A stretch of DNA of 64,000 bases from Octopus vulgaris. Its lineage: Eukaryota. The stretch is from the NCBI GenBank assembly GCA_951406725.2, contig OX597820.1:42222001-42286000 (forward strand), read 5' to 3'. The notes under the pieces are model-generated. The model had not been told where the DNA came from. It saw only the letters and a program-made list of their open reading frames with translations, and did not search any database. This document shows positions 53,348-64,000 of the stretch, piece by piece. The stretch's first letter is position 1, and every line of letters starts with the position of its first letter. The translations under genes were made by a program, and so were the position numbers.

Positions 53348-54276
53348 ATATTTAATAGAGGTTTAGTAACGACAATGATGTACGTGGTCTATTTCAGAGT
53401 ACTTTTAGACAAGAGATTACGCATAACTTTCGTAATTCCGTGGTTTGCTTGTACTACTGGTGGTGTTGCCGATCCAGGTCACACATGAGCGGAAGGGATA
53501 TAACGTCAAGGTGGCTTATGCAGAAAGAAGACACCGCGTTCCATATACTCGTTACACTCGTGATTATTTTTGTATGCTGGTATATTGAACAGCTGTTGTT
53601 ATGTGCAGTATAGAACCATCCATTATGACAATCATCTAAACTATCTGAACAGCTTATGTATTACAACGAAGTGTATTTAGTTGACTTTTAATTCTTAAAG
53701 GTTATGAAAGAAAGGGTAGAAAGTGCAACCCGGTTACAAGAAATGAGGATACGTTTCCTGTTCAGCCAAACATTCGCCAAGTTGTCCAAATAACATATCA
53801 CTAGGAAGGTGCAACTCCACGCTTACACACACAGAAAAGTCTGTTCCAGCCTGATGAGAATAACGTATATAATCTGTTGGAATGGGGCTATTTTCAGAAT
53901 ACAACTATATGGTACAGAGCTCAACAGACCGATAGACAGTCAGACATGTAGATAGATAGATAGGTAGATAGATAGAGTGAGGGAGGGAGTGAAGGAGTGA
54001 AAGAGATAGAGAGTAAGAGGGCACTTTCTTCTTGCACCTTGTAGCTAATATAATCAGGGATGTGTGAGGTTACCTGATTAGCTCGAGATGGCCGGTTAGC
54101 AAACCCTTCACAACCTACATATATCCCATTGAGACATATATCATTTTCGTCTATAATTTGAATGTTCATGATTTTTTTTTATATACGATTCAAGTAAAAT
54201 TTCCACGCTTTTTATAATTTGTCCTTGTAATGTCCTCATATCTGTCGCCCTTGTGGCAATAGTAATGGAAAGATTA

Positions 54277-54331
<55 letters not shown>

Positions 54332-54511
54332 CATCATTATTATTATTATTACAGTTTTGCTATAATTAGTTGTAGTTCATGGTGTTGTTGCTTGTGGATA
54401 TTAATATTGTTTTTGTTGTTGCTGCGACCATTTCCATTACTATTATTGCTCTGATTACGTTTATCATTATTGGCTTTTGATTTATTCCAATAATTTTATT
54501 ACATCTACTTA

Positions 54512-54575
<64 letters not shown>

Positions 54576-54679
54576 CGTCATTATATGTTCATTGTTATTA
54601 TTATTACTATGGTGATTCTGATGTTTGTCATAATTTCATTGATCAAAGAAATAATTGGGAGATCAATCAATTAATGGAC

Positions 54680-54726
<47 letters not shown>

Positions 54727-55459
54727 AACAAAGAAGGAGAGAGGACTAGAAAATGTATTAAGTACTGGAGAGAGATGTAGTTAGATAAAGTGAATGAATG
54801 AGGTGAGAGGTAGTTTCAATTTTCTGTATCCAATCTAGGATAGAATATTAAGTAGACGTTTACAGTCTATAGTGTGGATATAATTTTACCGCGGCCAATG
54901 TGTCTCTATTCGTTGCCATCTTTTATATTTCTCTTCTTACCATTACTGTTCTGAATTCTATCAGTTCTGCCATTTATCAACAATCCATACCAATCTCTAT
55001 ATTATATACTCCATACACATACTTTTGTTCATAATTTCCCATTTATGATGTAAATGATCAAAATTATTCAGTGTAGCATTTACAAAATTCACGCTTTCAT
55101 TAAATGTTTTCAGGTATTTCTGTGGACTGTCGATGGCAGTGCGCACAAGAACCATCAGACGTATATTGTATCATCATAACTAGCTATTACATAGACAAAA
55201 TCGATAATCGATGGGGTCAAATCATGGACAATTTTCTATGCAACGCACACAGTATCCCCCAAAGCCACCAACAAATAAATAGTGGAATTAGCAACAAATC
55301 AAAATCTATCTCCTGTACTATTTTAAAACTATTGTTTCGTCTGATCCACTCAGACAACATACATACCCACATTAGCTATAATATTAGAAGCTTACTGATG
55401 TACAAATTAAGTGGGGATTCTAATTTCTATCTACTGATATAGTTTACTTCAATCATTAC

Positions 55460-55636
55460 CTGAGACACAGAAACATGTTGCACAGACCATATAGAATAAA
55501 GTGGAACATATAACGATATGGATAGAAACAAGTAACCATGGCAGTGTAGGGTTTTTTAACATGGTACACAAAGAAATGGCTGTTGCAATATATGTATGGA
55601 TGTTTTGCAAACAACCCGTTGTTAATGTCCGAGGTT
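55460..55636 (-). CDS. Candidate exon encoding a signal-peptide-like or transmembrane segment
   Basis: Acceptor TTCTTGTTTGTGTTTTTTTAATAG| and donor CAG|GTAATG, 177 nt and fully open. The ATG at 55562 gives MLKNPTLPWLLVSIHIVICSTLFYMVCATCFCVS and ends in phase 1. Confidence 0.35.
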
Positions 55637-55734
55637 CTATTAAAAAAACACAAACAAGAATAGTACCCATGTGTATATATATATGTGTGTGTGTATATAT
55701 ATGGATATGTGTGTGTGTGTATGCATCCAGGTTG

Positions 55735-56555
55735 CGGTGTGTAAACTGTCGTCTAAATTGTGCAAAAATGAAAATAACAATGATATCTCATTTTATCATA
55801 TATTTACCAAAATTACATTAAAATATCTTGGAATACTAAAGAACAAATTTATTCAATAAAATGCCATTGGCTTTATCCACGGCCTCTAAACGACTTCGGA
55901 ATCTCCTGCATCTCTTCAGGACGGTCTCCTTGTTTAAGTTGGTGAATGCTACAAGGAGTTTTCTTGGTTTCTCGCTCAACTGCACTCCACACATAATTAT
56001 CAAGGGGCTTGCAGTCTAAGTTGGTAGGTGTCTAAATGTTAGGGGTAGTGTGGTCTGACAGCGATGACTGGGTTCTTCTGCTTGTGTGGCAAGGTGCAGA
56101 GTCTTGTTACCAGACATAAGGTCTTCCAGCAGCCGCCCTCTTGACCCAGGGCATTACTACCTCCTCCAAGCACTTGATGTAGGCCTTCGTGTTGATTCTG
56201 AGGCCACGTGGAAAGATGAATGGAGGCATAACATCTACATCACTAGTGATCCCCCTAAACACCATGATGTTGGCTGCATGTTTATTTTTATCAATCTCGG
56301 TACATGTCGTCAGATTGCACTGATCTCAGACTGACACCCAAACACTCGGAAATGTTCGTATTGGAGCTTCCGGCGAGTGAAAATGCCTAGCAGCTCAGCA
56401 TGTCTTTTCTAAACCTCTGGCTGAGGTAATTGCGTCATGGCGCTGTTTTTCTCACCTGACCCAACAATAATTTAGTCGCCAAAATTTTTTAAAAATCAAT
56501 GCACGTGCACGACATTAAAAATATAAAATTCCGATAATTTACCTATCGCACACTG
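55735..56555 (-). mobile_element. maT/DD37D-like Tc1-mariner transposon, deleted
   Basis: End TA|CAGTGTGCGATAGGTAAATT at 56555, with a degenerate partner at about 55735. Translation IMVFRGITSDVDVMPPFIFPRGLRINTKAYIKCLEEVVMPWVKRAAAGRPYVW*QDSAPCHTSRRTQ..DCKPL..VWSAVERET..CRRFRSRLEAV. Confidence 0.85.
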
Positions 56556-56557
56556 TA

Positions 56558-56593
<36 letters not shown>

Positions 56594-56643
56594 TTTATGT
56601 ATGAATGTATGTATGTATGTATGTATGTATGTATGTATGTATG

Positions 56644-56685
<42 letters not shown>

Positions 56686-56761
56686 GCATGTAAATATATA
56701 TGTATACATACATATATATGTATATATATATATGTATAATATACGTATGTAAATATATATG

Positions 56762-56838
<77 letters not shown>

Positions 56839-57054
56839 CCAAGTTTCAGAATACTTCACCAATAAGCTCTTTATTTAATGGAACTATTTAAAACTTAACC
56901 CAATGCTTTTTCATTTCATCAAAAATACTCGGCAAGTACACTAAAATTTATAGTAATTATATAAACTAACTTTTAGTTTCACCAGTAATTTTCATAATCA
57001 TTGATATAAATTTATCAAGTCAATAAAAATCCATGAATAGAATGTAATGATATA

Positions 57055-57975
57055 CAATATAGTAGGCATCCATCGGTCTTGAGAGGCCATGGATCTGCAC
57101 CCAAAGAACTGCTGGTGGTAGTGCATCATCTGTTGTGCCCTTACAGGCCCACATGGGAGTGGCAATCCCGCACAGAGCGATTGCATTTGAAAGAGCTCTC
57201 CGCCAGTGATATTCTTTGATGTCGAGTACCTGTTTTTCTTTCGCTCTCTTCATTCCCTTCCATAGTATTTGCCTCCAGTATGGGCAATCATTTGTGGAGG
57301 CGCAATGGCCCAGTGGTTAGGGCAGCAAACTCGCGGTCGGAGGATCACGGTTTCGATTCCCAGATCGGGCGTGTGTGTTTATTGAGCGAAAACACCTAAA
57401 GCTCCACGAAGCTGCGGCAGGGGGTGGTCGTGACCCCTGTTGTACTCTTTCGCCAAAACTTTCTCTCACTCTCTCTTCCTGTTTCTTGAGTAACGCTGCG
57501 TTGGACTAGCATCCCGTCCAGCTGGGGGAAATACATACGCCACAGAAACCGGGAAACCGAGCCCATGAGCCTGACTAGGCTTGAAAAGGGCGTATAAATA
57601 ATAAATAATGGGCGATCATTTGCAACCTACTCCCATCTCAGGAGGTCCAGCTCAAGCGATTCCATATCTTTCTTACAGACATCATTGGAATGAAGATAAG
57701 ATCGTCCTCGTGCTCCTGTCCCAGTAACCAATTCCCCATACAGGAGGTCTTTTGGGATCCTTCCGTCTGGCATGCAATGAACATGACCGAGTCAGTGCAA
57801 ACGATGCTGCTGGAGCAAGATGTGTGTGCTGGGTATCTTGACTTGGTTGATGACTTCAGTGTTGGTAATGTTCGAAAATATAAGGACACAGATCGTGTGT
57901 TGTATAGCCAGCTGGAGACGATGTCTCCTGGGGCTAATGTCTCCTGGAGTTAAACACAGCATGCGTCCCAAAATG
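57055..57975 (-). mobile_element. RTE/BovB-like LINE 3' fragment interrupted by a SINE
   Basis: Minus translation LH*LGHVHCMPDGRIPKDLLYGELVTG..DVCKKDM..ANDRP|YWRQILWKG, plus a C-terminal zinc-finger remnant FKCNRSVRDCHSHVGL*GH. Confidence 0.88.
57295..57607 (+). mobile_element. tRNA-derived SINE family E (V-domain-like segment) with 15-bp TSD
   Basis: A-box TGGCCCAGTGG (57306), B-box GGTTTCGATTCC (57349), segment CTGCGTTGGACTAGCATCCCGTCCAG and a TAAA-rich tail. TSD ATGGGC(A/G)ATCATTTG at 57280 and 57608. Confidence 0.9.
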
Positions 57976-58019
57976 AGATTGCCATATTAGGTTGGCAAAA
58001 AATCGTTACTTTATATATT

Positions 58020-58315
58020 CATTAGAATGCGACCATGCTGGGGCACCACTTTGAATAATATCTAGTAAAATGAATCGACCCACAGTATTTATTATTTTTA
58101 AGTATGGTATTTATTGTATTTTTCACTATTGCCGAAGTGGTACATTACGGGGATGTAAACACACCAACACTGTTAGTTTCCGTATCTATCAAGCCTACTC
58201 ATAATGCCTTGGTCAGCCCGAAGATATCGTAGAAAGCACTTGCTCAATATACCACTCTGTGAGATAGAATCTGGAACCGTATGGTTATGAAATAAACTTT
58301 TTACCACACAGTCAA
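58020..58315 (-). mobile_element. Old family-B SINE
   Basis: GCGACCATGCTGGGGCACCAC, TTACGGGGATGTAAACACACCAACAC and CCTTGGTCAGCCCGAAG motifs in reverse. Confidence 0.8.
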
Positions 58316-60212
58316 TTTCTTACTCTTGAAAATAAATGATTCTGACATTTATCAACTCTTTAAGTAAACATCTATATTTTAACTCCAGAATATATACCGT
58401 ATAAAGATTTTTAACGTGAGTAAAAACCCAGAAATTCGAGGGTGGATTAGCCAATGAATACCGAATCTAGTGCATTAGTGCTACTTCATTTTATACACTC
58501 GGAAAAGATGAAGAGAAGAGTTGACCTTGGTAGAAGTTGAATTCTGAACGTAGAGAGACAGAAGCACCGCAAGGCATTTAGGTTGTGGATCTATCGATTC
58601 AGCATACTCAAGACCCTCTATATACATGTCAGATAATAAAGATACATGTCATCGAATTATGATTCATTTACCATCGAACAAATTGCAATCAATTTCGATA
58701 GTTTTTCATGAGTTCATTTGTAGTTCATACCATCAAGTGATCGATTTCTCTTTGGCAGAGCTTTTATAACAACTATATCACATGCTATTCCAACTGTTGT
58801 GATATCTCATATAACTACTCAACTTTCCCATGATACCTTTTACGAGAGCTTTATGTAACCGATTGACATACTGTCTTAAGAAGTTTCAGGTTTTCCACTG
58901 AAGTGTTAAGACAATCGAACTCATCACTCTGTTTCTAAGAAACATTTGAACTAACCTTTTCTCTTGGCATACGAACGTAACTTATTTTACGTTTGTAATT
59001 AGATTACTTCTTTTTCTTCTGATGCATCACTTGTTTATTCGGATTCTAGTTATTTTTCTTCTTTGTTATTCTCTTTCCCTGTCAGTCAATTCATACATTT
59101 CATGGCTTATTAATATACAGTCAGAGCTTAACCTTCCAATAATTTTGGATACTACCAATACCCGATGCGAAGCGAAGTATTCATTTTGTCAATTTACTCT
59201 AGAATATTTCTGTTTGATTCTAGTATTGTCTGCACATGTCTGTTCAATTTCCCTTCTCAGCTATTTCCTATTCATTCTAGTACTGATGTTATGCTTTCTA
59301 ACTTTCACTTACTGTCCAGAATTTTAATAATTGTGTTACTAAATTGAAACCTGGAGATATTCAACATTTTGCTCTCCAAGGTTTATATCATTTTCCATTA
59401 TTTTTCATGAAAATCAGTTTTGTTCAACTCTTTTTGTTTTTGTTAAAATTTCATTTTCATAAAATTTTCTACATTTACGGATTATTCATTGTTCTCGATG
59501 TTATCTTTCGAATTACCTAGAATAGCCATTAGTTCAATCAACGGTATTAGGATGCTCATCGTTTTATTGTCGAAAATCCTTGAGCATTTTTCTCCTCCAT
59601 GCTTCGTTGGTTAGGAGACTGCATTAAACTGTAAATAGAATGATAAGGTCCTCGTTCTTCTTAATACTCTCAGTGTTAGTACATAGATGTTTTGCTCCCA
59701 TATATCCATTGTTCCCTCCTCCAGGTTTGCATCTTTTGGGAGACTTCCCGAGTAATTTTTTGTTCAGTGATTTTATAGTAGATTTGTATTCTTTTAACAG
59801 CTGTATTACTAATATCATATTGCAAATGCCCACATTTCTGTCGAATCTAGGGTAAACATTCCCATGAGTGATCACATTTATAAAGGTGTTCTGAGGACTA
59901 CCAAACAAATTTCATTGGTATTTTGAAATGTTTAGAATTCTATGTCTTTGCATTGATCCATTTCGCAATATTCTGCTGGATTTTATTCATAAGTAACTTT
60001 CGAATATTGTAAACTGTGTTTCACTGAGGAATGAGTTTGCAGAAATACTTATTAAGTTACACACAAAAGAAACTGTTTATCACACATAGCATAAATCCTT
60101 TTAATCTTTACCTGACTCACTAACAGATTGTATAGAATAATCTTTAAATATTTTCAAACCTTTTTGGTGCATCTTTCAGATACCATGATCCATGTATATT
60201 ACATGGGCGTTT

Positions 60213-60522
60213 GTGAAAGCGCATGACTTAGTGGTTATAGTATACGGTTCACGATCGTAAGGTGATGAGTTCAATACCCGCCGACGCGTTGTATACTTGA
60301 GTAAGACACTTTATTTCACGTTCCTAACAAAAATGAGTAGAATCTATATTTCAGATGGCCAGCCTTGTTACCCTCTGTGTGACGCTGAATCTCCCCGAGA
60401 ACTACATTAAAATTATGCATGTCTGTGGAGTGCTGAACCACTTGTACGTTAATTTCACGAGCAGGCTATTCCCTTCATCGGTTCAACTGGAACCCTCGTC
60501 GTCGTAACCGATGGCGTGCCAG
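60213..60522 (+). mobile_element. tRNA-derived SINE family C (CORE-like) with 14-bp TSD
   Basis: A-box TGACTTAGTGG, B-box GAGTTCAATACC and core TACTTGAGTAAGACACTT. TSD TTACATGGGCG(T/A)TT at 60199 and 60523. Confidence 0.88.
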
Positions 60523-60992
60523 TTACATGGGCGATTCATAGTTTATGTTAATCTATGTTTCGAGGATATACGCTAAACTCTTTCCAATTTCCCAATACAC
60601 TAAGATCGAATGACATGAGATCAATTATTAGAAACTTATGCTTACATGTATAGTTATATTTGAGAAAATACTTTGCAAAGTGGAAGAACATATGTTTGGA
60701 ATCTCCTCCCCTAATACAAATCGGTAATTAGTTTATATGAGTAAAAGTTGATTGCTTCGTAAAAGGCACTATCTTTGAGTAGAGAATTAAATAACTTATC
60801 AGTTACGTATCAACACCTGGCAATAATTTGATGCAATCGTAATTAGTTACTATGAACCCCAAATCCTTAACAAAGAAGAAAACTTTATATCACATCAGCG
60901 GGATATAATTGATTTTGTACCCCAATTTGGACGATATTATTCCTAATGACGCTTTAATTTCTTGTGTGATTTCGTTTGTGTGTGTGTGAGTG

Positions 60993-61052
<60 letters not shown>

Positions 61053-61069
61053 TGCAGCTTTACTCTAAC

Positions 61070-61165
61070 TCAACTCTGATGAGGCATATGTAATAGTGCT
61101 ATTTTAGATTGCAATACTACTTTTTTTAGCAAGCAGATTGCTGAAACGTACAGAGACAACCCCTT
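61070..61165 (+). ncRNA. Degenerate type-I hammerhead-like motif (Penelope-type)
   Basis: CTGATGA (61076-61082), GGCA...TGCT stem II, GAAA (61143-61146), then CGTAC-AG. Stem I is weak. Confidence 0.35.
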
Positions 61166-62394
61166 CAGTTACTCTTATTTTGTCATAGAATTGTTACAGT
61201 AGTCATCATGCGCTTCTATGAAAGTTGATGGTGCTAAAATTACCGTGCTGAGTGACAAATTGTCGATGAGGGAAATTGCTTACTCTATTGTATTGTGGGA
61301 AGAGCAATATGCCATGAATCTGGTAAGAAAAGAACCACAACATATTGTATATACTCGGATTGCTACATCGATATAGATCGAAATATAATATTCTGTACAA
61401 TTTAGCTAGTGAAATATTAGCATTGCAATAAGATTGCTGTGATAATTGGTGTGCCCCACATAGGTGTACAATAGCTTCCTGTAATTACGGTAAAAAATTT
61501 AAAGTGAACAATTATAAGGCAATTCAAATGGTTTTCTAATTTCCTATCATTTTAAATGCATCACCTCGAATAAAAAAAAAAGAAAAACTATCAGGACGGC
61601 AAAAATATTTTCGTCGGCCTTTAACTGACTCAGAATATGAGATTCTTTTTGAGTTCAAGTTTCCAAAACTTCCTATTCCGTCGCAGATAAAGTGCTGGCT
61701 AACACCGTTGCTCAGACTGAGCTGACTGAACAGTGTAGCGCCGCTGCCTCGCTGAAGGATCCAACAGCCTCCAAGTTTAAGACACAAACACATTTTCCTA
61801 CCATCTTGAGCCTAATATGCTAACAATTAAGCCACAAGCATTTTCTTTCCCCCATTAAAGTATCCTTATTAATAGAACTGTAAAAAGTACAATAATTTTA
61901 GTTATATATATTTTACTTGATGAATTAATTTAACTTTTCAAACTGTTTCTCCTCCTGATTAATGCACTTTAATAATCGATTTTACGTATAATTGGGTGAA
62001 ATTGAAACGAATAATTAATTAATACTGTTTGGTTATTAATTTTACAAAAATGTAGCGAAAATTTCTGGACACATTGTATAATGAATGCGAATCGATATTT
62101 CATACAGTTCTTACGATTTCAATATAGTTATAGAAACAAGGTAATCTCAAACTCACACTATGCCTACTAAAACGTCTAATTAAAAACGGGAAATAACTAC
62201 GATATCCTTATATCATAATATTTTGTAGATCGTAGTATGTTTAACAGTTTCCGTATGATGAATAATCTGGAAAATAGGAAATATCTCATATCTCATACCA
62301 AGAAACGCGCGCGCGTACACACACAGACAAACGCACGTATGTACAGAACATCCTTTCTTATCGAAAATTTTAGCGTGTAATAAAATATATGCAC

Positions 62395-62795
62395 GGCGCA
62401 GGAGTAGCTATAGTCGCAGGGATTGCTGTGTGGTAGGAAATTTACCTCCAAACCAGATGGTTCACGGTTCAGACCCACTTCCACTATAGATTCGGGTTCA
62501 CCAAAGCCTTGTGAGTGTAATTCATAGAGAGAAACAGAAAAGAAACCCATCGTATATATTTATATATCTATGTATGTCTTTGTGTTTGTGTTTGTCCGTC
62601 CCCACCACCGCTTAACAACCGGTATTGGTGTGATGATATCTTCGTAAATTAGCAGTTTCGCAAACGAAACCGATAGAATAAGTGCCAGGTTTTACAAAAA
62701 TCAATACTGGGGTCGATTCATGTGACGAGAAATCATTTTTCAAGGTGGTGCCCCAGCATAGCCGCAGTCTAGTGACAGGAACACGTAAAGGATAG
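62395..62795 (+). mobile_element. Family-B SINE, diverged
   Basis: GGCGCAGGAGT head, ACCAAAGCCTTGTGAGTG, CCGATAGAATAAGT and the GGTGGTGCCCCAGCATAGCCGCAGTC tail. Confidence 0.85.
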
Positions 62796-63813
62796 AACAT
62801 GGCATTCTACATATCGTAAGTAAAAAAAATGCTCTCCCCATTTATGTGTGTGTGTTTGTGTGTGTATGTATGTGTGTTTGTGTGTGTGTCTGTGTTTGTA
62901 TGTGTGTGTGTATACGTGTGTGTGTGTGTGTGTGTGTGCTATCTTATTTGAAAGAAAAAAAACGAACAATTTCCTGGACGACTGCTTCATATATTGGAAA
63001 TGTATAAAGGAAAATTACTTCTTTGCAGATTTTAGTAATCACGCAAAATAATATTACAATTGTGCTCTCGTGAAAGTACCACGCCAATACTTAGACTTTA
63101 GATTTTACCCTCCATCCCATACTAAATATGTCAAGACCTATTTTTTAACCTTTTATGCACTCAAGTTGACGAGAAAGGCAACAAGTTTCCTTCAGAAATA
63201 AAAATACCGAAAATCTTGGTAAATCATACCATAACCAGAGCAGTAAACATATAATACCTGACTCGCAGGGAAACCCTCGTAATGCAGGCAAAGAGAAAAA
63301 CATAAATGCACCAATGCACCATATGTGCTCACACATAATCTTAGAAGCTACGATATATCATAAACGATATATTTCCATTCTATAACGACTCTGTAATTTT
63401 ATAAAACTATTGAAAGTGTCAAATTATTTACCAGCGAAAACTATCATTAAGTTTTAAAAGTGTCAACAAAGATATAATCACAAGCTATGGAGACCTTTTT
63501 CTCTTGGGCGAGGGAATTACTGAACAGGCAAAACCAAAGAATTCATAAGTGCGAAGGGTTTGAAAGTAAAAAATATAAATTGCAAAAAAGAAAGCATGTA
63601 TCACCTCTTCACAATGCAATGAGAGTTAAACCAAATCCAGCATCTAAATTATTATATTGTCATAGGGTACACGAGCAAAAAGAGAAAATATTAATTTCTC
63701 AGAAACGTTTAGTATAGTGAACAACTAGATATTTGTGCAGATGATATTTGGAAAATCACGGTGAAGACGCGTCGTCTTGTTTTAAGTATGTTCTGTTTCC
63801 GATTATCATATAA

Positions 63814-63948
63814 CTAGCAGAGTGCCCGGATGTGCTCGGGATTAAAATGGCATTTTTAAAAAATGATTTTACTTGCGACCACGCTGGAGTACATACATAC
63901 ATATCCATACATAAGTATATCATAGTGAAAATAATAGAAATGAAACTA

Positions 63949-63973
<25 letters not shown>
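63814..63973 (-). mobile_element. Short non-autonomous Helitron-like element
   Basis: Same 3' structure as 9835 (CTAGCAGA..GCCCGG..TGCTCGGG) but an unrelated body. The probable TC start lies in the TA/GA junction. Confidence 0.6.
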
Positions 63974-63995
<22 letters not shown>

Positions 63996-64000
63996 TAAGA

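Noticed and set aside
53850-53890. CTGATGAG hammerhead box
   Set aside because: No downstream stem II or GAAA partner.
55104-55442. 112-aa plus-strand ORF after a TTTTTCAG acceptor
   Set aside because: No recognisable domain and no donor or partner exons. It cannot be distinguished from chance, though it is not excluded.
59570-59940. Possible Penelope/LINE coding remnant
   Set aside because: No diagnostic RT or GIY-YIG motif could be recovered by eye.

Overview
This is AT-rich eukaryotic genomic DNA with no intact, recognisable protein-coding gene. The SINE families and very high microsatellite load suggest an octopus or other coleoid cephalopod, which is my inference from remembered repeat families, not a database result. 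Most ORFs in the track are artefacts of microsatellites or SINEs. The window is mainly a transposon graveyard. DNA-transposon remnants include a Tol2-like hAT (1-1207), two mariners, a Tc1 DD34E, a maT/DD37D-like element, a Chapaev3-like element and three non-autonomous Helitrons. Retroelement remnants include RTE and CR1 LINE 3' ends, Penelope-like terminal-repeat fragments with degenerate hammerhead cores, and at least four tRNA-derived SINE families, several with clear target-site duplications (TSDs). The most interesting signals are: a dimeric SINE that moved as one unit (TSDs around two independent copies); a SINE/CR1 LINE shared 3' tail; a 540-bp non-coding element embedded in (ATT)n; a GC-rich Tol2-like relic; and a chain of unique islands with minus-strand splice signals, one encoding a signal-peptide-like segment. 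All family assignments come from manual translation and recalled motifs.
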